Assembly: GCA_965369605.1 (NCBI GenBank) | Contig: CBDURE010000002.1 | Location: 72 to 64,071 of the forward strand | DNA length: 64,000 bases | Direction: 5' to 3' | Source of the DNA: an uncultured bacterium | GTDB taxonomy: Bacteria; JAJVIF01; JAGGVT01 | Shown: positions 1 through 10,008 of the stretch, piece by piece | Position numbering within the stretch: the first letter of the stretch is position 1 | Layout of the letters: each line of letters starts with the position of its first letter | The notes under the pieces: model-generated | Database searches by the model: none | Told to the model about the DNA's origin: nothing | The model's input: the letters and a program-made list of their open reading frames with translations, nothing else | Made by a program: the position numbers and the translations under genes

Positions 1-195
1 GTGTTTGATGTCGTGGGACGGCTTGTGGTCGCTATCGCTTTAATCCACAAGCCTAGGGTCGGATCGGCTTTGAATGCGGTTCGTCGGATGAAGAATATCC
101 TTCTCACCGCGCCGACAGAATGCGGGGGGAATTTAGAACAAGAAAAGATCCACCCGGTGAAGGATAGATTAATGAAGGTTCAAAGAAAATTTTAA
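1..195 (+). CDS. C-terminal fragment of an unidentified protein (ORF enters from the left edge)
   Basis: Frame open from base 1 to TAA at 193-195. No motif I recognise. Confidence 0.2.
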   Translation: MFDVVGRLVVAIALIHKPRVGSALNAVRRMKNILLTAPTECGGNLEQEKIHPVKDRLMKVQRKF

Positions 196-549
196 AATTA
201 TGAATTAGTCTTAATTATCTTTTCTTAGCCAACCAATTCAAAATAAGATGTGCCTAAGTTGGTACATGTTTAATAACTCCATCCTTGTACTTAAGAACGA
301 ATGTGGATAAGATGACCACACCAAACAACGCAATTAGAATCACGAGTCCTAGTCATGGCGTTAAACTTTTGTCAACCATCATAAAGGTAACCATTGGCAT
401 ATCAGCAATAGAGGCTAATAGTAGAAGTGGATCTATTCTCATCTGACCTCCGATATTCGTTTTTTTATAAGACTGAAAGACATTCCGCTAACAAGCTATT
501 AGGATTATAAACGTTGTGCTGTACTGCACCCTTAAAGTGAGACAGAAAG

Positions 550-1428
550 TTAAGGTGGTACAGTAGGATTTTTAGTAATTAAAAGGTCCTCGAACTCAGC
601 AGGTGGGAGATAGCCCAGAGCTGAGTGTAGTCTATTCTCATTATAGACTTCACTTATGAACTTGCTGATACTTCGTCTGGCATCTTCCAGATCATCATAT
701 TCCGTAAGATGAATCTCTTCGTACTTCAATGTCTTAATAAATCTTTCAGCCTTGGCATTGTCATAAGGATTACCTGTGCGACTCATACTGATTCGGATAT
801 CCCATTTTTTCAGCAAGCCGGTGTACTCTCTGGATGCGTATTGAACGCCGCGATCAGAATGATGAATAAGCCCGGGCTTCACATCCCGTGATGAAAAGGC
901 TTTCCTGAGAGCCTCGACTGTAAGACCGGTAGTCAGACGTCGCCCAATCGACCATCCGATGCAGCGGCGAGAATAAGCATCCATCAATACCGCAAGGTAA
1001 ACAAATTCTCTCTTTAATCTGATGTAAGTAATGTCCGCAACCCATGCTCTGTTAATGCCGGTTATCTCAGCATCTCTCAGAAGGTTCGGATACACGGGTA
1101 AACCATGATCGGAATCAGTTGTACGGATAAAACGTTTTTTCCGAACACACAGCAGATTTTCCTCTCTCATCAGGCGCATTGTCCGCTTGTGGTTGACACT
1201 GTAACCGCGGCGTTTCAACTCCGCTGCAATTCGCCTGTATCCATATGACGGCATCTCAAGCGCGATTCGATATATCTCTTTACGAATATTTGCATCGTAA
1301 TCCTCATCAACCCAGTCATGTTTCATGTATCGATAATATGTGCTCCTGGGAATCCCCAATGTCGCGCACATCTCTCTGATGCCGGGAGCATCCCTTTTCG
1401 ATTTGTATTCGCTAATCACCATGATCAT
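550..1428 (-). CDS. IS3-family transposase OrfB (DDE / rve integrase core)
   Basis: DDE triad contexts: WVADITY, HHSDRGVQY, NAKAERFIKTLK. C-terminal YNENRLHSALGYLPP is typical of IS3 OrfB. Confidence 0.9.
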   Translation of the reverse strand: MIMVISEYKSKRDAPGIREMCATLGIPRSTYYRYMKHDWVDEDYDANIRKEIYRIALEMPSYGYRRIAAELKRRGYSVNHKRTMRLMREENLLCVRKKRFIRTTDSDHGLPVYPNLLRDAEITGINRAWVADITYIRLKREFVYLAVLMDAYSRRCIGWSIGRRLTTGLTVEALRKAFSSRDVKPGLIHHSDRGVQYASREYTGLLKKWDIRISMSRTGNPYDNAKAERFIKTLKYEEIHLTEYDDLEDARRSISKFISEVYNENRLHSALGYLPPAEFEDLLITKNPTVPP

Positions 1429-1433
1429 CTGCT

Positions 1434-1753
1434 TTATCCACTCCCGTTTACTCTCTTTCGCAATTCCTCCATGTGCGACATAGCTTTTTTTAACAAATCT
1501 ATCTCCATTGTCAACTGCCCAATCTTGCGCTCCAGCTTGGCAACCACTGCCTCATCCTTGTAACTCGAACCGTTTCTCGAAACGCATCTGACCCATGCTT
1601 CTCTTATAAAGCCAGCCATTTGTGAATGAGATTCGGGTGTATTTCATGTTCCCGACCTGCTCTCACCACAGGCTTGCCCATCTCAATCTCGTGCAGCAAA
1701 CCCAGTTTGAATTCCTTGCTGAATCTTCTTCTTTTCTTTCTCATTGGTGGCAT
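1434..1753 (-). pseudogene. IS3 orfA (HTH + leucine zipper), broken by an in-frame TAA and a frameshift
   Basis: ATG at 1753 gives MPPMRKKRRRFSKEFKLGLLHEIEMGKPVVRAGREHEIHPNLIHKWLAL, then TAA at 1604-1606. The same frame continues EKHGSDAFRE. The leucine-zipper part (NGSSYKDEAVVAKLERKIGQLTMEIDLLKKA) lies in another frame (track ORF 1434-1619). Confidence 0.6.
1485..1491 (-). promoter_or_regulatory. A7 slippery heptamer, candidate programmed -1 frameshift site orfA->orfB
   Basis: Minus-strand TTAAAAAAAGC sits inside the LLKKA codons near the end of orfA, just upstream of orfB. This is the canonical position and sequence type for IS3 elements. Confidence 0.5.
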
Positions 1754-1979
1754 CCTCTCCTTCATGATACCACCTTAACTCAGTGTCTCAAATCAGGGGT
1801 TCACTACACGCCCCCCTACTAAACAGTTTCCTTGAAAACTCACCATATCTGTCTATACTGCCATCGGATTAAAACGATGATTCCAATGTTGTGAAAAGTG
1901 GGATGTCGTCGAATATCCTACGATTTTGAATGGTGTAAATGTTATTGGAACATTTCAATTCGTTTTTTTAGATCTGGGA

Positions 1980-3188
1980 TTAACCAATACATACTTCTAC
2001 TGGAAATCCGAAACTAAGAAAGCGACCGGGGCTTGCGGTGTACTGATAAGCACCAGCATGATAAATTGCCACAAGATCACCGATATCAACAGTTGGTAAT
2101 TCAACACTATGCGCCAGAATATCGAAAGGGGTGCATAATGGACCGCATAGAGTCACAACTGATTGAGGGCGATTGCTGGACAAAACTCTTATTGGGGGAG
2201 GTCTAAAAGCACTTGTTCGCCAAATTCCTCCATAACAGTTAATGCCACCATCAAGAATCGCGTATCTAATGCCATAAAGCTCTTTCACATCACTAACACG
2301 TGTTAAAAACACCCCTCCTCCCCCAACAATATATCGTCCCGACTCAAACAAGTATGTCGAATTCGCGAAACGCTTCTCATATGTAGCAAATACCGAAGTT
2401 AGTTCTTTCCTGAGGTCCGAAATATCAATAGAGTGTTCTTCGGTATGAATCGGGCTGCCGAAGCCTCCACCCACATCCACATATTGAGGAGTCTTACCGA
2501 CTTGTTCACCGATATCGGAAAATTCAACTAGAGCACGCCTAAACTCCTCTCCGATGCGACGCGAATCCAATATATTAGTACCCTGAAAGCAATGTAGACC
2601 AATGCATATGACATTTCTTTTGTCGTTCTTAAGCAATGTCTGCCAGCAATTGATAATTTCTTGTTTCATCATCCCGAACTGTGTTGTGCCGGACATTGAT
2701 AGAGAACCGCGGCTTCTTTTCCCTGGATTAAGACGGAACATAATGGCCTGAGGCCAATTAAGAAACTTGGTAGCTTCGACTACTTTTGTTAATTCCCCTG
2801 GAGAATCGACAACAATTGCCTTGATGCCTGCTAAAATTGCTTCCTTGATGTCTTTGAGTAGTTTCCCTGGTGCGATATAATATATTTTTTGAGGATTAAC
2901 TCCGAGTTTAAGCAACATCCTAATTTCGCCTATAGAAGCAGCATCGAAGTGGCTTCCTATTGCATTAAGAGTCTCGATTATCCTATAATTAGGATTGGCC
3001 TTCACAGAGTAACACAATTTAGAACCATCAGGCAGAATCACTTTAAGTTCACGCCAACGTTTGGAAACCCATTTTAAATCGTAGACATAGCACGGTGTTC
3101 CATGTGTCTCAGCACATTGAAAAAGGTCTTTATCTCCGATTGAAAGATCACTTGGAATCAAATGTAGTGGGGAAAGGTTTTTATCCAT
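1980..3188 (-). CDS. PLP-dependent decarboxylase, Orn/DAP/Arg decarboxylase family (fold-type III)
   Basis: YSVKANPN (PLP-lysine motif), VDVGGGFGSP glycine loop, ESGRYIVGG, and LCGPLCTPFD (active-site Cys region as in diaminopimelate decarboxylases). Confidence 0.85.
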   Translation of the reverse strand: MDKNLSPLHLIPSDLSIGDKDLFQCAETHGTPCYVYDLKWVSKRWRELKVILPDGSKLCYSVKANPNYRIIETLNAIGSHFDAASIGEIRMLLKLGVNPQKIYYIAPGKLLKDIKEAILAGIKAIVVDSPGELTKVVEATKFLNWPQAIMFRLNPGKRSRGSLSMSGTTQFGMMKQEIINCWQTLLKNDKRNVICIGLHCFQGTNILDSRRIGEEFRRALVEFSDIGEQVGKTPQYVDVGGGFGSPIHTEEHSIDISDLRKELTSVFATYEKRFANSTYLFESGRYIVGGGGVFLTRVSDVKELYGIRYAILDGGINCYGGIWRTSAFRPPPIRVLSSNRPQSVVTLCGPLCTPFDILAHSVELPTVDIGDLVAIYHAGAYQYTASPGRFLSFGFPVEVCIG

Positions 3189-3195
3189 TTCTTTA

Positions 3196-4188
3196 CTATC
3201 CTTCTACTTCATCGGAAACCGAAATAATGGCGCACAGAGCATTCTCGTAGCGTTCCCAGTAATTCGAAAGACGATAAAGTCCTTCTTCTTCATACCATAC
3301 TTCAGTCTGAGTAGCATACAAGGTCGCGCAGCTTTTTAGTACATCAATGAGTGGTTGACGTAGATCACAGACTACGGAATCGGTTATTAGCGTAGCACTC
3401 TGATACTGCATAAGATGACGCACAAGTTCAAGAACCATTTGGAGGTTTATTGACATCTGCGATAATCCTAACCGCAAGGATATTTCAGATTTAACCTTGA
3501 GTTTAGGGGTGACGGCGCCCACAATACATTTCAGAAAAGCCGCTGGTCCATGTATTTCCCTTAAGCTTTGAACTAATTTTGCACCGGCAATAAGGGTGAG
3601 TTCCATAAGATGCTGAATTGGTCGTACCACACTCGCTCTTCGTAATGAAATGAGTAACGCGGTGTTTGTTGGAGTAACCCGATGAAATTCTAGAAGCTGT
3701 TCAATAGACTTAGTGTATGGAAGACCATCGGGATGTAAAAGGAGAAACTTATTTTCGCAAAATGCCACACACACTAAACAGTGATTGGGCTCACTCCGGT
3801 AAGCATGCGCAAATTCGTTTTCAAAAAGATTGGCACTAAAAGGTCCAATCAATACCGGACCTTCAACAAGTAAATCTTTCATCTTTTGAGAATACATTTT
3901 AGAGGTAAGTTTCGAATTATCTAGTATATACATATATGCATTATTATTTAACTCAAGAACACTTAATGCATGTTTTATTCCCTCTACAAAAGAATAATAC
4001 GGAGTAAGCCATTCATTCGGGTGGATCGTCACCCGATAATAGAAAGGACGACCCGTCAAACAATGATAAAGACAAAGAGGACCGCACGCATATCTATCGA
4101 TTAGCATTTGCAACCCAACACCAGTGTAGTCCACTTGTCGACCAGCATAGCTAGTACGAAAAAAACCGCATCTATCTAACCTGTTCAT
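3196..4188 (-). CDS. Hypothetical protein, paralogue of 11915-12886; possible BtrH_N/DUF4872-like Cys/His acyltransferase
   Basis: ATGA start/stop overlap with the upstream methyltransferase gene (4185-4188). Shares the block VEGPVLIGPFSANLF...NHCLVCVAFCENKFLLLHPDG with LDDGPVVLGPLNMGLL...DHYIVAVCYEPVLDEVTILDPER in the other copy. Family assignment rests on size and pattern only. Confidence 0.5.
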   Translation of the reverse strand: MNRLDRCGFFRTSYAGRQVDYTGVGLQMLIDRYACGPLCLYHCLTGRPFYYRVTIHPNEWLTPYYSFVEGIKHALSVLELNNNAYMYILDNSKLTSKMYSQKMKDLLVEGPVLIGPFSANLFENEFAHAYRSEPNHCLVCVAFCENKFLLLHPDGLPYTKSIEQLLEFHRVTPTNTALLISLRRASVVRPIQHLMELTLIAGAKLVQSLREIHGPAAFLKCIVGAVTPKLKVKSEISLRLGLSQMSINLQMVLELVRHLMQYQSATLITDSVVCDLRQPLIDVLKSCATLYATQTEVWYEEEGLYRLSNYWERYENALCAIISVSDEVEG

Positions 4189-4964
4189 AACTTACCCTTT
4201 CGTAACATCCAAATTTGGTTTTTTGATTCTTCTGTCCATTTTTGACCATCGAAATCACCATAGAGAGCCTCTATGATTAATCCACTTTCTGAAACAAGCT
4301 CATGCACTTGCGCGGGGGTTATCCAAGAAAAGTCAAACTGTATATAATGCTTTTTAATCAAGACCCCAGATGCATTGACATCTTCAATAGCGATTCTACA
4401 ATCCATCAATTGTTGTTTATATTTGTAAAGATAAACATCATATACATACCGAGTCACATCATCTTCACTCAACATTGTGCACATCAAACGAGGCTTCCGA
4501 TCATTCGATCTTGCCCACGACTCGTTAAAAACATAATGATCGAAGATGAAACGCCCCCCATCACATAAATTGCGACTTACCGAATAAAGCATGTTCAGCC
4601 GGTCATCACGAGTTAAAAGATGTCCAAATGTTCGAAACGGCAAGTAAATTAGGCTGGCAGGGCTTTCAAGGTCGAACTGTCGAATATCGCTTTGCACGAG
4701 GTTGATCCTATCCATTACTCCGAGCTCTAACGCTTTATCTCGGCAGGTCATGAGCATGCGATGTGATATGTCAAGCCCAATAATCTTCTTGCCTTCACTG
4801 GCAAGCTGAAGCGCAATTCGTCCGGTACCTACTCCAAGTTCGACTATGGTTCCACTCTCTTTCCGAGCCATATCTAAGTAAAATTCTGCTGTAGGCTCGG
4901 CAGAAGGGTCTGCTAATAACCAGGCATCGTAAATAAAAGCGAGGTCATCGTAAACGGTCGTCAT
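4185..4964 (-). CDS. Class I SAM-dependent methyltransferase
   Basis: Motif I IVELGVGTGRIALQLA, post-I GLDISHRML. I prefer the ATG at 4964 (MTTVYDD), which is preceded by GGAGG at 4976-4980, over the TTG at 4997 used by the track. Confidence 0.85.
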   Translation of the reverse strand: MTTVYDDLAFIYDAWLLADPSAEPTAEFYLDMARKESGTIVELGVGTGRIALQLASEGKKIIGLDISHRMLMTCRDKALELGVMDRINLVQSDIRQFDLESPASLIYLPFRTFGHLLTRDDRLNMLYSVSRNLCDGGRFIFDHYVFNESWARSNDRKPRLMCTMLSEDDVTRYVYDVYLYKYKQQLMDCRIAIEDVNASGVLIKKHYIQFDFSWITPAQVHELVSESGLIIEALYGDFDGQKWTEESKNQIWMLRKGKL

Positions 4965-5467
4965 AAGTCGATAAACCTCCAAATTTGTTTGGTTCAAATT
5001 CTACTTCGTTTCTGATCAGATCAGAGGTAAAAAGACACATTGCCATAGCTTCCAACAACGAATTCAGGCTTAACATCCCAATGCTTGCGGCTCAATCAAT
5101 ACATAGGTCAGTGGGAAGGCATCCACGAGTAAAAACCATAGTTGTGATTTATATCCCGCACTCACTTGCCCAATTACCTTTATAAGATATTCCCGAGATC
5201 AGGTCCCCATTAGCGTATTAGACCAGTCTCTGACTCTAAAGCTAACGTTTGAAACCGTCAATATCCTAGCACTTTTTTACGTACTTAATCTGGCATACAA
5301 AAACATATCGAGGAAAAACCGCGACCATAAAGTCGCTTTCTAATACTAGGCCTAACTCTGCATATGCCATTCCTGCTTCACACAATTTACGCTGAGAGAG
5401 TTCTTTCAATGGCATCGCACGCCTTACAACCTTGTAAACGTATGAAAATACGACTTTAAGAACCTGT

Positions 5468-6640
5468 TCAGCTATGAAATTCAACCTCGTTGAGAGCTGA
5501 TAGTTGTTTAGATATACGATTTCTGTTTTCCAGTACCCATTTTTCACCAAAGGCTTCTCGAGCAATCGCAAAATAAGTCTTTTGAAGTCGTTTGCGTAGA
5601 GGAGTAGGATCGTCGTATGAGAGTTCACGCTCCCAATCGTATCGACACTTGCAACGCATCGAAATAAGTCGTTGCACTTCTATGCAGCGAATTTGTGGGT
5701 TTATAGCGAATCTGACCAAGGAATCGTTCACCTTTTGGGCACAATTAGGACAAGTTGACGGAATAATATTTGCCTCATCGTAATGTGGATGCTGGATTTG
5801 ATCCATACCAGGATACCAAGATAGTTCAATGTTTTGAAACATGCTAGGCTTAAAACCAGCAAGGACATCGATAAGAGACCAAAGCGAAGCCTGGTTGTAG
5901 AATCCGTGGTGATTCAACCAGTGCAGTGTCGTATACGGTTTTATGTTTACTGGAAAAAGCACACACGTTGAAACACCATTTGCGAAACACCAGCGGACGG
6001 TATTCTGGGAGTCTGATACGATCTCGACAGCAGTTAGGAAAGGTAATCCAATCAGTACATTTGCCAAAACCTCTATGCCCTGCGATTGCAGTTGCCTTAT
6101 AACAGATGGAATCGCCGAAATATCTAATCCCTTGTTACAGCAAAACAGGCTGATTATGGGTGAAGCTGTCTCCACACCGACTTCGATCCTTATCCTATCA
6201 GCTGGAAACATCTCCAAGTCTTTCAGCACGGTCTCGTCAATTGTATCCGCCCTCGTCTCAATGATCAATATCGTATCCGGAAGCCGACTAAGGAGTTCTT
6301 CGATAATATAGATGCGGACCTCTCTCTCTAATTCGTGTATATCAAAAACACTTCCATTAGTGTTAAGTAGGAGTAGACGAGGAGGATCTTTTTCAAGTCG
6401 CTTCACCTCTTGAGTTAATGCGTTCCGCTGTTCATCAGGAGTGATTTCATCGCCAACCCAGTAGTCACATGGTACACAACCTCCATTCTTGATGGAGTGG
6501 TTACAGCCGTGAGTTCTAATCCATAAACGTGCAAAATCCTTCGAGTGACGAACTATAGAGGAGTTCATCAGCTTTGGGATAGGAGGACGTGAAGCACCTG
6601 CCATAAGACCGATTTGTTTTAAAAGGTAGTTAATTCTCAT
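5468..6640 (-). CDS. Radical-SAM-like enzyme with non-canonical cluster spacing (CX8CX2C)
   Basis: HGCNHSIKNGGCVPCDYW near the N-terminus, followed by TIM-barrel-like alternating strands (LLLLNTNGSVF, ILIIETRAD, RIEVGVETA). The start overlaps the uvrA-like stop by 11 nt. Confidence 0.55.
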   Translation of the reverse strand: MRINYLLKQIGLMAGASRPPIPKLMNSSIVRHSKDFARLWIRTHGCNHSIKNGGCVPCDYWVGDEITPDEQRNALTQEVKRLEKDPPRLLLLNTNGSVFDIHELEREVRIYIIEELLSRLPDTILIIETRADTIDETVLKDLEMFPADRIRIEVGVETASPIISLFCCNKGLDISAIPSVIRQLQSQGIEVLANVLIGLPFLTAVEIVSDSQNTVRWCFANGVSTCVLFPVNIKPYTTLHWLNHHGFYNQASLWSLIDVLAGFKPSMFQNIELSWYPGMDQIQHPHYDEANIIPSTCPNCAQKVNDSLVRFAINPQIRCIEVQRLISMRCKCRYDWERELSYDDPTPLRKRLQKTYFAIAREAFGEKWVLENRNRISKQLSALNEVEFHS

Positions 6641-8891
6641 GGCTGTTCTCCCTAAAATAATCAGCGAGGAATCGTCCTGTATATGAATCTTTGGATTTTG
6701 CGATTAGCTCCGGCGGTCCTTCTGTAATAATATAACCGCCAGCCTCACCCCCTTCTGGACCAAGATCTATCACCCAGTCTGCATTGGCTATAATATCAAG
6801 ATTATGCTCAACAATAATTACCGTATTGTTTTTCTTCACAAGTTTATGGAGCAGTTTCAACAAGCGATCTATATCTGCAATATGAAGCCCTGAAGTTGGT
6901 TCATCAAGAACATAAATTTCACCTTTTTTCCTTAGGCGGCTAGCCAGTTTTACACGTTGTGCCTCACCCCCTGAAAGGGTACTCAAAGGTTGCCCCAGTG
7001 TCAAATAGCCAAGTCCCACGGATTCAAGAATCCTCAATGCTGTAACAATAGAGCTATCGTTAAAATATTGGAGAGCCTCGTCGACAGTCAAATCCAAAAC
7101 ATCGGCTATTGTTTTTCCTTTATATTTAGACTGAAGGACATCAGAGATATACCTCTTTCCCTTGCAAACATGGCACAACTCTCGTATGTCCCCGAGAAAG
7201 TGCATATCAATAACTTTGTATCCTAACCCATCACATTCTTTGCACGCTCCCAGCCCATTAAATGTGAGTAAAGATGGGTCAACACCTGTCCCTTTCGAGA
7301 ACTCTTTTCTCATTGCATTAAAAGCTTTAATATAGGTTGCCACAATTGATCTAGCGTTTACACCCGCCGGACTCTGATCAACAACAGTAGCTTTTGGGTA
7401 CTTTTTGAGGAAAACATCTACAAAAGAACTTTTTCCACAACCAGAGACACCTGTCAGGCAGGTTAGCGCGTTTCGAGGGATCTGGACATTTATGTTTTTT
7501 AGATTATGTAGTGTCGCGTTTTCAACTAGCAAGAAGCTATCTGCACCCTTTAGACATTGAGTGTATCTGCGAACTCGTCTTCGTCCTGACAAATATTGTC
7601 CCGTAAGAGTATCCAGTCCTTGAATTTCTGTGGGACTTCCTTGACCTACAACTTCACCTCCTTTTCTTCCTGCTCCTGGACCGATATCAATTATGTAATC
7701 AGCTTTTTGCATTAAGGCCATATCATGTTCGACGACCAATACCGAATTACCCTTATCCTTAAGCTGCTTCAATATGTCAATCAGTTTTTCTGTATCTCTT
7801 GGATGCAGTCCCCTTGTTGGCTCATCCAGAACGTAAATAAGCCCAGTGAGAGAGCTGCCCAACTGCCTAGCCAATTTTAACCTCTGTGCTTCACCACTCG
7901 AAAGTGTTCCAATTGATCTATTGATAGTTAGGTAGCCTATGCCAGCATCAATCATATGGTGTAGCAGTTTGTTCATGTAAGGTAAAACAGTATCCGCGAC
8001 GTTTCCTCTTATATTTCCCAAGTAGTCATATAGCTCGACAATCTCCATATTTACTAGATCGATAATACTGCGATTATTCACCAGAACTGCACGCGCGCGT
8101 GCATTGATTCGAGCCCCTCTACAGGCTTGGCAAGGTCTTTTTAATAAGAATTGTTCGTCATATGAAGTTCCAGTTAATCCCCTGCTATCATTTTGTCTCT
8201 TTAAAAGACGAGACACTACCCCCTCATATGAAAAAGATTGTACATATCCAGGTTGCTCATTTTCAGCTCTTATAGGCTCACTATAAAATAGTTTGTGCTT
8301 TTCATATTCCGAAAAGTCTTTTAATTTTTTATCCATATTAAAATAGCGGGTTGCCAAAATAATATTCCAATACCGACTATTCACTTTCCAGGTTTTGTGT
8401 TTGATTGCATTCTGATTAAGAGTTTTATTAAAATCAAAAAGTGCATCAAAATCCGGAACAATCTCAAAGCCAAGCCCTTTGCACGTTTCGCAAGCTCCAG
8501 AAGGGCGATTGAAAGAAAAGTCTGAGGCGTTTTGAGCCGGTGTTCCCAATCGTGAATAAAGCAGTCTCAAATAAGTATAGATTTCTGTGACAGTACCCAC
8601 AGTGGATCTCGGATTTCGCCCGAGTGGGTGCTGATCGACTACAATGCAAGGAGAGAGCCCTTCGATAGCATCAACATCCGCTTTTGAAACTCTTGGAATA
8701 GACCTTCTTGCGTATGAACTTAGAGAATCGAGAAATTCACGCTGAGCCTCAGAAAATATAGTGTCAAAAGCGAGTGATGATTTTCCGGAGCCTGAAACAC
8801 CCGTTATAATAACAAACTGGTTTTTAGGTATAGATAATGAAATATTTTTTAGATTGTTTTGTCTTGCGCCAAAAATGTTAAGCTTATTCAT
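6630..8891 (-). CDS. UvrA-like ABC ATPase lacking the UvrB-binding domain (class II UvrA / DrrC-like)
   Basis: [33 protein letters not shown], two LSGGEAQR signatures, and zinc modules [39 protein letters not shown] runs straight into [13 protein letters not shown], with no intervening ~140-aa UvrB-binding insert. Likely start is the ATG at 8891 ([17 protein letters not shown]); the track uses GTG at 8939. Confidence 0.9.
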   Translation of the reverse strand: MNKLNIFGARQNNLKNISLSIPKNQFVIITGVSGSGKSSLAFDTIFSEAQREFLDSLSSYARRSIPRVSKADVDAIEGLSPCIVVDQHPLGRNPRSTVGTVTEIYTYLRLLYSRLGTPAQNASDFSFNRPSGACETCKGLGFEIVPDFDALFDFNKTLNQNAIKHKTWKVNSRYWNIILATRYFNMDKKLKDFSEYEKHKLFYSEPIRAENEQPGYVQSFSYEGVVSRLLKRQNDSRGLTGTSYDEQFLLKRPCQACRGARINARARAVLVNNRSIIDLVNMEIVELYDYLGNIRGNVADTVLPYMNKLLHHMIDAGIGYLTINRSIGTLSSGEAQRLKLARQLGSSLTGLIYVLDEPTRGLHPRDTEKLIDILKQLKDKGNSVLVVEHDMALMQKADYIIDIGPGAGRKGGEVVGQGSPTEIQGLDTLTGQYLSGRRRVRRYTQCLKGADSFLLVENATLHNLKNINVQIPRNALTCLTGVSGCGKSSFVDVFLKKYPKATVVDQSPAGVNARSIVATYIKAFNAMRKEFSKGTGVDPSLLTFNGLGACKECDGLGYKVIDMHFLGDIRELCHVCKGKRYISDVLQSKYKGKTIADVLDLTVDEALQYFNDSSIVTALRILESVGLGYLTLGQPLSTLSGGEAQRVKLASRLRKKGEIYVLDEPTSGLHIADIDRLLKLLHKLVKKNNTVIIVEHNLDIIANADWVIDLGPEGGEAGGYIITEGPPELIAKSKDSYTGRFLADYFRENSHEN

Positions 8892-9018
8892 TACTCTCCT
8901 AGAAAAATGACAACTGTGATTATTATTTAATATTTCCACAGTGCTCTGCTGAGAACATCAGAGAACACTGCATATGATTTTCTATTCCGGTCTGATGGTA
9001 GCGTAAATGTCAATTGCA

Positions 9019-10008
9019 TTATAGTGCCCCCGAATATGGTTGTAAAGAAACCTCATCTGGTTTTCGTGGGGGCAGTCCGAGGAGCTGTTTTATTGACGCC
9101 TTATAATGTTTCCCGCTATCAGCCGATACAACTACAACCGAACTCCTCGTTCTTCTACAAAGTAGCGAGGCAACGGCCAAATTGTGTCCTGTGGTCAACC
9201 CGACATTGAATCCCTCCAGTTCCTCGAATCGTCTGCATTCCAAAGCAGCCAAGTAGTCCGAAACCTGTGCGAAGTAATCGATGCAACTCCCATATCGACG
9301 GAGTAGTTCCGATGCCCCCAACATGCCAGCACCTGCGGCAACATATGGGAGACTTCTCCCCCCGAATGATGTTGAGCCAAGAGGCTCTACGCCCACAACA
9401 TTTATATCCGGATTTACCTGTTTTAAGAATTTACCGACGCCGCATATAGATCCAGCAGATCCTACCGAGATTACGATCCATCGTACGGTTTCCTTTGTTT
9501 GTTCCCATATCTCTGGGCCTGTCGTTTCATAATGGGCTCGAAAATTCGCAGGATTTGCATACTGATTAATCCAAACGTAGTCAGGTTGCTCCCCAAAGCG
9601 GGAAGCCGCTGCAATCCTTGCTGAGCGGAAATCTGGATAATCACCTTTCGGGATAAATTGCACGTTTACACCTTCTTCGAGCAGCTCCCTTTGTTTGCTC
9701 ACAGGCGTCGTTTTGTCAGACAAACAAAGAAAAGAGACACCAAAGTGTCCAGATAACTTGTGGAGAGCAATTGCAAGATTGCCAGACGATGATTCTACAA
9801 TGCAGATTTGTTGACCTGTGACGGTATATTTTTGGACAGCATCATGTAACATATAAAAAGCACTTCTTGCCTTGATGCTACGCAACCGATTCTCCCCTTC
9901 ACATTTAACAAACATATTTCCCCTTGGACAGTATCTGTTCACAGGTATTAATGGGGAATCAGTGAGACCAAATCTTTGACATTCTTCATGTAATAGATTA
10001 TTGCCCAT
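9019..10008 (-). CDS. PLP-dependent beta-replacement enzyme (cysteine synthase / CBS / SbnA-like, fold-type II)
   Basis: RSIKARSAFYML (PLP lysine), ESSSGNLAIALH, GVGSAGSICGVGKFLK. In-frame ATG at 10008 (MGNNLLHEE) overlaps the upstream stop by 11 nt. The track start at 10104 would overlap it by 107 nt. Confidence 0.8.
   Translation of the reverse strand: MGNNLLHEECQRFGLTDSPLIPVNRYCPRGNMFVKCEGENRLRSIKARSAFYMLHDAVQKYTVTGQQICIVESSSGNLAIALHKLSGHFGVSFLCLSDKTTPVSKQRELLEEGVNVQFIPKGDYPDFRSARIAAASRFGEQPDYVWINQYANPANFRAHYETTGPEIWEQTKETVRWIVISVGSAGSICGVGKFLKQVNPDINVVGVEPLGSTSFGGRSLPYVAAGAGMLGASELLRRYGSCIDYFAQVSDYLAALECRRFEELEGFNVGLTTGHNLAVASLLCRRTRSSVVVVSADSGKHYKASIKQLLGLPPRKPDEVSLQPYSGAL

Larger units (their letters stand above)
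520..1808 (-). mobile_element. IS3-family insertion sequence (~1.29 kb) with disrupted orfA
   Basis: 41-nt imperfect terminal inverted repeats with TG..CA ends. 520-560 is TGTACTGCACCCTTAAAGTGAGACAGAAAGTTAAGGTGGTA. The reverse complement of 1768-1808 is TGTAGTGAACCCCTGATTTGAGACACTGAGTTAAGGTGGTA (32/41 identical; the inner 23 nt are nearly perfect). Two-ORF orfA/orfB layout with an A7 slippery run. Confidence 0.85.

Noticed and set aside
254-442. In-frame TGA in a small SD-preceded membrane ORF (MRIDPLLLLASIADMPMVTFMMVDKSLTP*LGLVILIALFGVVILSTFVLKYKDGVIKHVPT). Together with the in-frame TGAs in the vsr relic, this suggested TGA recoding (genetic code 4 or 25).
   Set aside because: ORFs of 1796, 1261, 1000 and 994 codons read through cleanly with the standard code. 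Several well-supported genes terminate at TGA with coupled restarts (ATGA, GTGA, TGATG). The vsr relic also contains TAG, and the IS3 orfA contains TAA. Pseudogenisation explains all cases.
5266-5628. 120-aa track ORF.
   Set aside because: Its first 54 codons overlap the 3-prime end of the radical-SAM-like gene in another frame. Only the distal 49-codon part (5266-5415) could be real, and even that is weakly supported.
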